A DNA stretch of 64,000 bases from a virus (taxonomy: Duplodnaviria; Caudoviricetes): the IMG/VR virus record IMGVR_UViG_3300010340_001122. One strand, written 5' to 3'. Positions 33,505-42,414 of this stretch are shown in pieces. Position 1 is the stretch's first letter. Each line of letters begins with the position of its first letter. Position numbers and translations under genes: made by a program. The notes below the pieces were generated by a model, which saw only the letters and a program-made list of their open reading frames with translations, did not search any database and was not told the origin of the DNA.

Positions 33505-34863
33505 ATGAATAAAACACTTTATGTGAAATTTACTGATAAGTTATACGACATAATTGATGATATAAGTGGTCCTATCTCTGAGGCTCTTATGAGAATGGAA
33601 GGTGACTATCTATTAAAAAATGAACTAGGAATTGGATTAGTTGATGTGTCAAAGTCTGATTGGAATTTTGATGTTACTATTGATGGTAAGGTTCAAAGAA
33701 TGAAAATTGGTAAATATATTAGATATTTTTTTACTGATGACGATGGTTCTTGTGTATTTAATAATAAACAAATATTTGATTTTGGTCAAAGTTACAATAA
33801 TTTAAAAAATGGAAAACCATTGCCAATTACTAATGATAAATCATCCTATAAAAAAGTTGAAGTAACACAATTTAGTTTTAATCCTAAAGATGTTAGATCT
33901 ACATTTCTATCATTAACGACAATGACTTACCCACATGGACATGAGGAAGAAGTTATGAAGTTTATGCCAAGTGGTTTAGAAAAAGATGAATTTGGTAATT
34001 ATTATAAAATAATTGGAAAATCTGAAACGATGTTTACTTCACATTTAGATACTGCTGATAGAAAGCAGTCTAAAGTATCTATTTATAGTGTTGATAAGGA
34101 CGGAGATGAGATGTTTGTAACTGATGGAACATCCATACTTGGTGCTGATGATAAATCTGGTGTTTCAGTTATGTTATATATGATGGCTCATAATATTCCG
34201 GGTATTTATTACTTTTTTATTGGTGAGGAAAGAGGTGGTATTGGTTCTAATAAAGTTGCTGGTATATTTGAAAGTGTTGTACATTTAAAAGGTGTTAAAA
34301 GATGTGTTTCTTTTGATAGAAGAAATTATTTTTCAATTATAACATCACAATTAGGTAGACAATGTTGTTCAAATGAGTTTGCGACCGCGCTAGCTGGTGA
34401 GTTAAATAAATCAGGATTAAAAATATCTTTGGATCCAACTGGAGTTTATACCGATTCAGCTTCTTTTATAGATGAGATTCCTGAATGTACTAATGTTTCT
34501 GTTGGTTATTTTTCTGAGCATACAGTTAATGAGAGTCAAAACATATCATATCTAACTAGATTAGCTGAGGCTTGTTTGAAGGTAGATTGGGAGAAATTAC
34601 CAACTGTTAAAAAGGTTGGATTTGATGAGGAGATTCTTAGAAAGTATAAGAATTTTATATCAGATTTTAAATCTACGGTATTTACTTTAGAGACTAGAAT
34701 GGTTAGTGAGTATGGAACTGCTTATATAAAAATGGATATAGATGATCCTGATGCTACAAACGTTTATGAAGATTTACAAATGATGAATCTGTTGTTAGAT
34801 AAATATAAAATAGATCCTGATGTTTATTTTGATGATCAATTTATAAAAATAGAATTAAAATAA
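33505..34863 (+). CDS. M28-family Zn peptidase-like protein with N-terminal extension
   Basis: SHLDT, GADDKSG, GEERG, D and H metal-ligand motifs. Confidence 0.75.
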   Translation: MNKTLYVKFTDKLYDIIDDISGPISEALMRMEGDYLLKNELGIGLVDVSKSDWNFDVTIDGKVQRMKIGKYIRYFFTDDDGSCVFNNKQIFDFGQSYNNLKNGKPLPITNDKSSYKKVEVTQFSFNPKDVRSTFLSLTTMTYPHGHEEEVMKFMPSGLEKDEFGNYYKIIGKSETMFTSHLDTADRKQSKVSIYSVDKDGDEMFVTDGTSILGADDKSGVSVMLYMMAHNIPGIYYFFIGEERGGIGSNKVAGIFESVVHLKGVKRCVSFDRRNYFSIITSQLGRQCCSNEFATALAGELNKSGLKISLDPTGVYTDSASFIDEIPECTNVSVGYFSEHTVNESQNISYLTRLAEACLKVDWEKLPTVKKVGFDEEILRKYKNFISDFKSTVFTLETRMVSEYGTAYIKMDIDDPDATNVYEDLQMMNLLLDKYKIDPDVYFDDQFIKIELK

Positions 34864-35279
34864 TGATTTTAAAAAACATAAAACTAGAAACACTCAAAGT
34901 AATTAAAGAAGAGCTTGAATACTTTGAAGATGAATATTATGAAGAAGATGATTTTAATACGAAGGATTCTTATGAAGAAGAAGAAGATGAAGATGAGGAA
35001 GACCACCTTTGTTATCTAATTAGAACATTTCTGAATGGTAATGGTATAACATCTAGTGTTGAAAGATCAGATTTAGATATATCTGTTTATGTTTTTCTTC
35101 AAAGAAAAGAAAAATTTAAAAATATTGTTAAAGCATTCGATGTTGTTATTAATAAGATGAAAAGGGATATCCTACCACAATATGAGTTGGAGGTTGAACT
35201 ATATGAAAGTAAACAAGGTATACCTATTTTATCTTTTTCATTTTTTTACGGTGCTAAAGATGATAGTTCTCCTTTTTAA
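34863..35279 (+). CDS. Acidic hypothetical protein
   Basis: 138-aa ORF coupled to the upstream stop codon. Confidence 0.6.
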   Translation: MILKNIKLETLKVIKEELEYFEDEYYEEDDFNTKDSYEEEEDEDEEDHLCYLIRTFLNGNGITSSVERSDLDISVYVFLQRKEKFKNIVKAFDVVINKMKRDILPQYELEVELYESKQGIPILSFSFFYGAKDDSSPF

Positions 35280-35295
35280 AAAAGAAAATAAACTA

Positions 35296-35327
35296 TTTGG
35301 TAGTTTAATATATAAAATGTATATTTG
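35296..35327 (+). promoter_or_regulatory. Bacteroidota-type housekeeping promoter for the tmRNA, with nested late motif
   Basis: TTTG (35296) - 20 nt - TATATTTG (35320); TTAATATATA lies in the spacer. Confidence 0.7.
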
Positions 35328-35340
35328 TAATATCAAATCT

Positions 35341-35704
35341 GGGGATGATATGAATTGATTCGCAGGGTAATGATGGTTAAGCAAGCATCGGTTTGGTAAA
35401 GTCCGATTAAAATAAATTATCAAAATCGTAAACGGAAACGTTACAGAAGTAGGAACCAGTGAAGATTTAGTAGCTGCTCTACAAAACAACTTGCTCACTG
35501 TGAATGAGCTTGAAGTAGCTTAATTGATACTTTCACAAAATTCACACTGAATCACAACAGTATAAATAGTGATAGTTTTTTGTTAGAGTGTTTTTGAGTC
35601 GAAACAACTATCTATTTTGTGAGTTAAAGAAAAACTTTCTAAGCTTGTGAACGATTGATCGTTTTTAACTGAGGAAGACTCCGGTTCGTTACCGGACATC
35701 TCCA
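35341..35704 (+). ncRNA. ssrA: tmRNA
   Basis: 5' GGGGATG pairs with 3' CATCTCC-A, giving the G3.U Ala identity pair; T-arm TCCGG-TTCGTTA-CCGGA; TAAGCTTGT 3' motif; internal tag ORF 35434-35523; CCA not encoded. Confidence 0.9.
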
Positions 35705-35713
35705 CTGAACCAC

Positions 35714-35770
35714 TCCAAAGATAGTATCTTTGGACCAACACCAACTCAAAAGGTTGGTGTTTCTTTTTTT
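35714..35770 (+). terminator. Two hairpins after the tmRNA, the second with a U tract
   Basis: tccaaagat-agt-atctttgga and aacaccaac...gttggtgtttcttttttt. Confidence 0.7.
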
Positions 35771-35808
35771 AATATATCTTAATTACTTTATCTGACTTAT
35801 TATAGATG

Positions 35809-36525
35809 TTAATTGGTGGTGTAATCAATTTTATCCTTTTTGATATCTCTATTTACTCTACTACATAGAGGCTGTAGATTCGTGTAATGGTTTAGCTTTA
35901 TGATTTCTTCTTCGTTTTTTGCTGATGATAGTGGTATAATGTGGTCAATATCCCAACCGTAATTTAACTCACCATTATATAGTCCTTTGTTATCCCAGCT
36001 CATCCAATTCTCAAATTTTGATTCTATATAAATTTTAAAATATTCAAATGAACAACCTAATATATCTTGTGTTTTTGATGTTTTTGAATGACCTTTATTT
36101 TTAATTGATGTGTAAATGATATTTCTAATATTTAAAGTAAATTTAAATAAATAATCAATCTCTTTTCTATTTTTGTGATAAATTGATTTTTTTTCTTTAT
36201 TTTTACTTCTATATTCTTTTTCATATTCTTTTTTAGCATCAATATTCATAATTCTATACTCCTTTTGGTATTTTATTATTTTATCTTTCTTATCCTTATA
36301 ATATTCTAAATGATACTTTTTGCTTCTCTCTTTAATTTTATCTTTATTTTCCTCTAAGTATAATTCTATTTTATCTTTATTTTTTAGATAATATATTTTT
36401 CTTTTTTCTTTATTTTTAAGAAATAAACATTCTTTACAAAAATTAAGATAACCATCTTTCATTTTAATATTTTTATTAAACTCACTAAATTCTTTATTAG
36501 TTTTACAACCTTTACATAATTTCAT
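35809..36525 (-). mobile_element. HNH homing endonuclease
   Basis: CKGC...CKEC N-terminus, Lys-rich linker, WDIDHIIPLS...NHYTNLQPL...N. Confidence 0.85.
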
Positions 36526-36555
36526 AATATATATATTAAAAATAGAACCTTCCTT

Positions 36556-36732
36556 ATGGGTGAAGTTAGAAAAAAGTATAATTCTGATAAAATTTCAAAA
36601 AAGAAGTATAATTCTGATAAAACTTTTATTCAGATATCAAAAGACTTACATCAACAAGTTAAAGTATATTGTGATTTGAGTAACATATCTATTCGTGAAT
36701 TTTTAGAAAAAATAATTAAAGAAAGTTTATGA
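36556..36732 (+). CDS. Small ribbon-helix-helix-like DNA-binding protein (58 aa, not in ORF track)
   Basis: MGEVRKKYNSDKISKKKYNSDKTFIQISKDLHQQVKVYCDLSNISIREFLEKIIKESL; ATGA overlap with the NADAR gene. Confidence 0.6.
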   Translation: MGEVRKKYNSDKISKKKYNSDKTFIQISKDLHQQVKVYCDLSNISIREFLEKIIKESL

Positions 36733-37235
36733 TTGATAAATTTGATGGTCGGTATAATTTTCTCTCAAATTTCTACCCTGCTAAGATAGAACATCAGGGT
36801 ATTACTTACCCAACTTTGGAACACTACTACGTATCTATGAAGGTTAAAAACGATCAACAAATAGATGGTAAGTATATCACTATGATCGATTGTAGGGAAC
36901 TCATTGCCAAAATGCCTGATCCGGCAAAGGTTAAACAATTTGGTAAGATAATTAAAGTTAGAAAAGACTGGGATGATGTTAAATTGGATGTTATGTTATG
37001 GGGAATTCGTGAGAAATTTAAACATCAAGACTTAAAAGAAATGTTATTAGCGACTGATGATGAAGAATTGGTTGAAGGCAATTATTGGCACGATAATTTT
37101 TTTGGAGTATGTACTTGTGGTCCTTGTTACGGTCAGGGTCAAAATAATCTCGGTAAGATTTTAATGAAAGTTCGAATGGAATTGGGACAACAAAATGATA
37201 AGCCTTCACTAGAAGATATACTTTTTAAAAAATAA
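36729..37235 (+). CDS. NADAR (YbiA-like) family protein
   Basis: FLSNFY, EHYY, WD.VK..VM, KF, LVEGN.WHD.FFG, GQNNLGKILMKVR. Confidence 0.9.
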   Translation: MIDKFDGRYNFLSNFYPAKIEHQGITYPTLEHYYVSMKVKNDQQIDGKYITMIDCRELIAKMPDPAKVKQFGKIIKVRKDWDDVKLDVMLWGIREKFKHQDLKEMLLATDDEELVEGNYWHDNFFGVCTCGPCYGQGQNNLGKILMKVRMELGQQNDKPSLEDILFKK

Positions 37236-37247
37236 ATAGAAAATAAT

Positions 37248-38195
37248 ATGTCAATTATAAGTTATTTTGGAGGCAAGAGTTCTTCAATATTTCAAGATTT
37301 AATTAATAAAAGAATTCCCAAAACAGGAATAAAAACCTATATAGAACCATTCTCAGGAGCTATGGGAACGTATATGGACGATGATTCTCTTAAATTTGAA
37401 CAAGTTGTCTATAATGATAAAAATAGACATCAGGTGAATCTATATAAGTGTTGTTCAGATCCTGAAAAGTTTATTACATATTTAGAAAATTTATCCAAAC
37501 CATTTAATATTCTTTATACAGAGTTAAAAACACCACTAGAAAAATGGGATTTTTATAAAGGTGTATATAGGGAATATATCAAGAATAGTTTTCTTGATGA
37601 TATGAATTTTGAAATAGGTAACTTTGAAAAGGCGGCTATATATGCGTTCTTGATCACATCTGCCCATAATTCTGTTTACCCTCGCGGCGCTGGATTTAAT
37701 GGGTATAAGAAAGATAAAGATCGTTTAAAATTAGAGGTTTTAATTAAAAAGTTAAAAAATAATACTTATACAAGTAAATTACACTCAATTACTGAATTTT
37801 ATAACATCGATTTTGAGGAATTAATTTTAAAATATGATTCAGATGATACTTATCTTTATTTAGATCCACCATACGCTCGATTTAATGAGTCAAAGGGTGA
37901 AGATGATGCCAAAAGATTATTTTGGTATGGTTCGGATGGTGATGGTGTATTTGGTCCAGCCTCACATAGAAGATTATTAGAATTAATAAAAACTACAAAA
38001 TGTCGATGGTCTCTTTCATATTACTATTTTCCATTATTAGAGGAACTTTTACCAAGAGATAAATATCGTTGGATTGAAAAGGAAGTATTTAGAAGCTCTG
38101 CTCAGGGTGGTAACAATGCGGATATTAAAAAGGAGCAATCTAAAGGTGTTGAGCTACTTATCATGAATTATGACGAAAACGGAATTAAATTTTAA
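37248..38195 (+). CDS. DNA adenine methyltransferase (Dam/D12 class)
   Basis: YFGGKS, YIEPFSG, YND, YLDPPY, ELLIMNY. Confidence 0.9.
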   Translation: MSIISYFGGKSSSIFQDLINKRIPKTGIKTYIEPFSGAMGTYMDDDSLKFEQVVYNDKNRHQVNLYKCCSDPEKFITYLENLSKPFNILYTELKTPLEKWDFYKGVYREYIKNSFLDDMNFEIGNFEKAAIYAFLITSAHNSVYPRGAGFNGYKKDKDRLKLEVLIKKLKNNTYTSKLHSITEFYNIDFEELILKYDSDDTYLYLDPPYARFNESKGEDDAKRLFWYGSDGDGVFGPASHRRLLELIKTTKCRWSLSYYYFPLLEELLPRDKYRWIEKEVFRSSAQGGNNADIKKEQSKGVELLIMNYDENGIKF

Positions 38196-38945
38196 ATGAA
38201 TATTGAAGAATTTTTTAAAAATGCTTTTAAAAAAGTAAATATTGATTTACCTTTTAAGCGATTAGAATCAGATATTTCAAACTATCAAAAATATAATTTG
38301 TATGTCAATTTACCACCAAAGGTGGTGGATTTCGAGGAAATGTATTATAACTTATTAAGAGAAAATATTGTTCGTGAGATTAATCAGTATGCTTTAAAAG
38401 TTATTATTGGTGATATAAAATCTAAGGGAAGTGTTAATTTTATTGACGTGATAGATATCAATGATAATACTAATTATAGCACAATTATCAGTATGTCAAG
38501 AAAAATTGTTAGTGAGATTAAAAATCTTAATTTACCTAATGTTATCACAAATGGTAGAATAGCTTCAGATTATCTTATGGATTCTCCAGGGTTTAATACA
38601 TATCCGATTAAAACTAGTTTAGATAGATTTAATACCTTTACAAAACATGGAAATCTTTTTGGCAGTATTGATGTTTATCTCGATTCATATATGAAATGGA
38701 ATGATGATTTCATTTTATCTTATGATGATGTCTATTATGATTTATCTGATATAAAAATCAATATTAAACAAGATCCTTCAATTACTCCAGTTCTTGAAGT
38801 TGAATTTATGATATATCATAATATTATTAATCCAAAGTTGACGTATATTGTAGAAAATGTAACTTCAACTGCCTATTCAAAATATAAATCTGAATTAAGA
38901 AATAAACGAATTGATAATATATTAGATGATGATAAAACACCTTAA
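38196..38945 (+). CDS. Diverged, truncated major-capsid-protein paralog
   Basis: ITNGRIASDYLMDSPGF...G.IDVYLDSYMKWNDDFI aligns by eye with capsid VTNGGLAASLMDIAGY...GDISIYVDPYMKYNDNRI. Confidence 0.65.
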   Translation: MNIEEFFKNAFKKVNIDLPFKRLESDISNYQKYNLYVNLPPKVVDFEEMYYNLLRENIVREINQYALKVIIGDIKSKGSVNFIDVIDINDNTNYSTIISMSRKIVSEIKNLNLPNVITNGRIASDYLMDSPGFNTYPIKTSLDRFNTFTKHGNLFGSIDVYLDSYMKWNDDFILSYDDVYYDLSDIKINIKQDPSITPVLEVEFMIYHNIINPKLTYIVENVTSTAYSKYKSELRNKRIDNILDDDKTP

Positions 38946-39303
38946 TCGAATTTATAAACTTGGATATGATATTGAGGTCGTTTGGAATAAACAGATTCAA
39001 ATAACATATGATTTCAATAGAATTTCAGGATTTGAAGAGTATGATCCAGTCTCTGTACTTATTTATGTACATGATTTCTGGAATGAATCTTTAAATTTTC
39101 AAAAGTGTTTAGAAGAAACTTGTGAGATATTTTATTCTTGGTATTCCGATAATCATAAGATGATATTAAAATATCTTGAGAATCCTCAAAAGAAATTCGA
39201 TCATTTCGCTTCAAGATCAAATATAGACAGTTTATCACTCGGTGATGTTAGTTCACAGGTGAATCGAGGAATGAGAATTGATGATATATTAGATGATTAT
39301 TGA
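38926..39303 (+). CDS. Hypothetical protein
   Basis: 125 aa; C-terminal RGMRIDDIL. Confidence 0.55.
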   Translation: MMIKHLNRIYKLGYDIEVVWNKQIQITYDFNRISGFEEYDPVSVLIYVHDFWNESLNFQKCLEETCEIFYSWYSDNHKMILKYLENPQKKFDHFASRSNIDSLSLGDVSSQVNRGMRIDDILDDY

Positions 39304-39566
39304 GCTTCATCAAGTGCGTCTTGAAGAACGTTTTGAAAAGCCATATATTGATCTGTATCTCCTTCATCATATATATCGGAGACTCCACTTTCAAAGTCTC
39401 TTATAGCATTTCTGAAATTATCGACTAATTTTCTATATTTTGAAGATTGTTTAAGTTCATCATATACATTATCATCGATAGTGGATTCATTTATTTTAGA
39501 TTCTTCTAATTCTTCTATAGCATCAATTTTGTCTTTAACCATATCTGGACTAAGATTCCAATCCAT
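39297..39566 (-). CDS. Hypothetical acidic protein (start uncertain)
   Basis: 89-aa ORF; frame stays open upstream of the ATG. Confidence 0.45.
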   Translation of the reverse strand: MDWNLSPDMVKDKIDAIEELEESKINESTIDDNVYDELKQSSKYRKLVDNFRNAIRDFESGVSDIYDEGDTDQYMAFQNVLQDALDEAQ

Positions 39567-39666
39567 TTTATGAGTTACTTTATTATACTTAATTCTTGGA
39601 TTTCCAATTAATTTTTGTCTTTCTGAATTAGGTTTACTATATATAAATATATTATATTTGTAAATT

Positions 39667-40125
39667 ATGAATCCTCACAAAAAATTAAGAGAGTTGGGTT
39701 TCAAGAAGACCAATTTTTATAAGCCAGGTAGTCATCCTGATACTTATGAATCTATGATGGTGCTTGATAATGAGGATACTAAATGGGAGTATAGAGATGG
39801 AAAAAGAGTTTCTGTTAAAGTTGAAAAAATACATCCTAAGTCTAGCTCATTTTGGATACTAAAGTATAGTGATAATTATATTTTGTGGTGTTTGGTTAAG
39901 AATCATCTTATAGATAAGATTTGGCTTGAGAATAAATCAGGTAAAAGTCTTGGAAATAGGAGAATACTATATTATGGTAGAAATATAGAGGATGAAAGAT
40001 TAAAACTTATATTTGATATCTCTAATCGTGATCATAATCCACTTGAAGGTAAGAATCAAATTATGAATATTTTACCTAAAGAGATTAAAAGAGATTTTTT
40101 ATTGGATCAACTATTTGGATTTTAA
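39667..40125 (+). CDS. Hypothetical protein
   Basis: 152 aa; TATATTTG at 39653; C-terminal RDFLLDQL. Confidence 0.6.
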   Translation: MNPHKKLRELGFKKTNFYKPGSHPDTYESMMVLDNEDTKWEYRDGKRVSVKVEKIHPKSSSFWILKYSDNYILWCLVKNHLIDKIWLENKSGKSLGNRRILYYGRNIEDERLKLIFDISNRDHNPLEGKNQIMNILPKEIKRDFLLDQLFGF

Positions 40126-40145
40126 TATATAAAACCATATATTTG
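40114..40145 (+). promoter_or_regulatory. Bacteroidota-type promoter for the release factor gene, with nested late motif
   Basis: TTTG (40114) - 20 nt - TATATTTG (40138); near-identical to the tmRNA promoter. Confidence 0.7.
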
Positions 40146-40237
40146 TATTATTATGAAACTATGACTACATAATTATTAGCGAAGTGAGTAAATTACTCAC
40201 AAACAATTTTATTGTCTAAAAATTAAAAAATAAAGTC

Positions 40238-40915
40238 ATGGAACAAATTATTATAGAAATAAGAGCCGCTGAGGGCGGTCAAGATTCAAAACTTCTTGTA
40301 GAAGATTTAAGAGATATTTATCTCAAAACAGCACGAGTTAATAACTTCGATTGTAAGGTTACTAACAGAGATGGATTTGCATCTATCTGACTGACTGGTA
40401 AGAAAGTTAAGACATTTTTTAAAAATGAAAGTGGACCACATCGATGGTTAAGAATTCCACCAACTGAAAAAAAAGGTAGGACACAGACTTCAATAATTAC
40501 GGTTGCTCTAATTGATCCAAGTGATAAATTAGATTTTAATTTCAATCGTAGTGAAGTTACTAAACAATATACGAGAAGTGGTGGCGCCGGTGGTCAGAAT
40601 GTTAATCGTAGATCCACTTGTGTTCAACTAACTCATTTACCAACAGGTATTCAAGTTAAGTGTCAAGATACAAGAGACCAATGTAAAAATGAGGAATTAG
40701 CTTGGATTCGTCTTGAAGATAAACTTAGAGTAATACATGATGCGACTCAGATCAAGACAGTTTATCAAAATCGTTTCGATCAAGTTGGTACAGGTTCAAG
40801 ATCGGACAAGAAGAGATCATATAGAATCAAAGAGAATTTGGTAGTTGATCATGAAACAGGTAAGACTTGTTCATTTACTGATTTCTTAAAGGGTAGAATT
40901 GATTTATTGTCCTAA
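40238..40915 (+). CDS. Class I peptide chain release factor, RF1-type (PxT), lacking domain 1, with in-frame TGA at codon 51
   Basis: MEQIIIEIRAAEGG...GFASI*LTGK...ESGPHRWLRIPPTEKKGRTQTS...SGGAGGQNVN...THLPTGI...RSDKKRSY; 225 codons in one frame, TGA at 40388-40390. Confidence 0.9.
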
Positions 40916-41656
40916 TATTAGTTTAAACTCCTCTTCACTTTTAAAGCTTTTTTTGGAGTTATTTATCCTTTTAGTTATACAAAGGTTATCAAGTGATGAT
41001 ATTTCTTCTACTTGATAACCTTTTTTAAATCCTTCAAAGATAGAAATCTTGTGGTCTATTGTTGGATATTTCTCATCATTATAATTAAATTGAAAGTTTA
41101 GGCTTATATTTTCACCATCATAGTAATCAAGTCCATTCCATTCTTGAATTAATTTATTCTTATTTCTTTTCGTTAGATTATCAATGAGTTTTCTGTATTT
41201 GATATATACATCTTTTTCTTTCTCAGATATAAAAAGATTGTTACTTTCAAAGTATTCATTGAGAGACTTTGATATTTTATCTTTGATTTCTGGATTATTC
41301 TCATATAGTTTTAAAATAGAGTTTCTTATTTTTTCTCGAACTTCTGTCCTTTTTGAGGGGTTTTTATCACCAGTCTTTGAATCCGAGTATCTTTTTTTGG
41401 ATTCATCACTTCTTTTTTTCCCTTTACAGGATAATCCAATTCTATCTTTATGCTCTTTTGATAATTTTTTACCTTTGTGTGACTCGGACAGACTTTTTTT
41501 ATGATCATCTGAAAAAATTTGACCTTTTCTTATTTCCGATTGCTTTTTATATCCACATTTTCTACAAGATGATTTTTTATCATTTGCAAAATTTAATGAG
41601 TCTTTCGATTTATAAGATATTTCGATTGAACATAATGGACAATTTCTTTTATACAT
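40904..41656 (-). mobile_element. HNH homing endonuclease with NUMOD3-like repeats
   Basis: CPLC/CRKC, HKK.LSESHKGKKLS repeats, PTIDHKIS...NLCITKRINNSKK. Confidence 0.8.
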
Positions 41657-41718
41657 AAAAATGATTTACTTTTATATATTAAATATTTAAGGTCAAAAAG
41701 TAAATAAGGTTAAATATT

Positions 41719-42414
41719 TCATTTTTTACTTATGGTATTTATAATCTCTCTAACATTTTTAATAGTTTCTATTTTAAAATCAGTTAAATCGATATCTCTA
41801 ATTAAATTTCTAAATTTTCTATCAGTGTAACTCCAATCATTTGATGATATGATAATTATACCATCTTGAAGCTTTACAGTGGTGTTATTACTAAATTCAC
41901 TTTTTGCTGATGAATTTCTGCTTTTAATCTCTTTGAATATTTGCATTAATTTAGTGACGCTTGTATCTACTTCAGTTTCTAATAGTATGAATAGGTATAT
42001 TGATGGAGTAAATGATATTGTCCCGGCATTTATATGTAATAAACAATTATCATATCTTTCTGATATTTGATAAAGTTCTTTAAAAATTGTGAATATTTTT
42101 TTATCCTTTATAAGATTTCTCTGACCAAATCTATTTCCTAATTTTAATGTGTCTTTTAATTGATCTAACTTTATTTGAATACAAAAGCAATATTTATCGT
42201 CTTCATAAATTGGATTATTATGAAGAATACTTAAAACTTTATCACCAAGCTGTTCTTTATCTAATGCTTGCTTACTGAAATATCCTTTATGAACTTCATA
42301 ATCTATTAACTCATCAGTTAGATCAAGAGTTACATCTTTTAAATCTTGCTCATCATCTTCATGAGCTTCTCTTAGTAACTCTATAAATTTTAATATTTTA
42401 TTTTTCATAAACAT
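41719..42414 (-). CDS. Hypothetical protein (MKNKILKFIE N-terminus)
   Basis: 231-aa ORF in an operon. Confidence 0.6.
   Translation of the reverse strand: MFMKNKILKFIELLREAHEDDEQDLKDVTLDLTDELIDYEVHKGYFSKQALDKEQLGDKVLSILHNNPIYEDDKYCFCIQIKLDQLKDTLKLGNRFGQRNLIKDKKIFTIFKELYQISERYDNCLLHINAGTISFTPSIYLFILLETEVDTSVTKLMQIFKEIKSRNSSAKSEFSNNTTVKLQDGIIIISSNDWSYTDRKFRNLIRDIDLTDFKIETIKNVREIINTISKK

Noticed and set aside
35238-35498. 86-aa minus-strand ORF
   Set aside because: Antisense to the tmRNA and its promoter; no protein features.
35341-35704. tRNA-Ala gene
   Set aside because: The acceptor halves are ~350 nt apart with an internal tag ORF and no anticodon arm, so it is a tmRNA; no standard tRNA was recognised in the window.
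40380-40400. RF2-style +1 frameshift or selenocysteine at the release factor TGA
   Set aside because: The downstream domain is in the same frame, there is no CTT-TGA slippery site, and no convincing SECIS-like hairpin is visible after the TGA.
40318-40545. 75-aa minus-strand ORF in the track
   Set aside because: Antisense shadow of the release factor gene.
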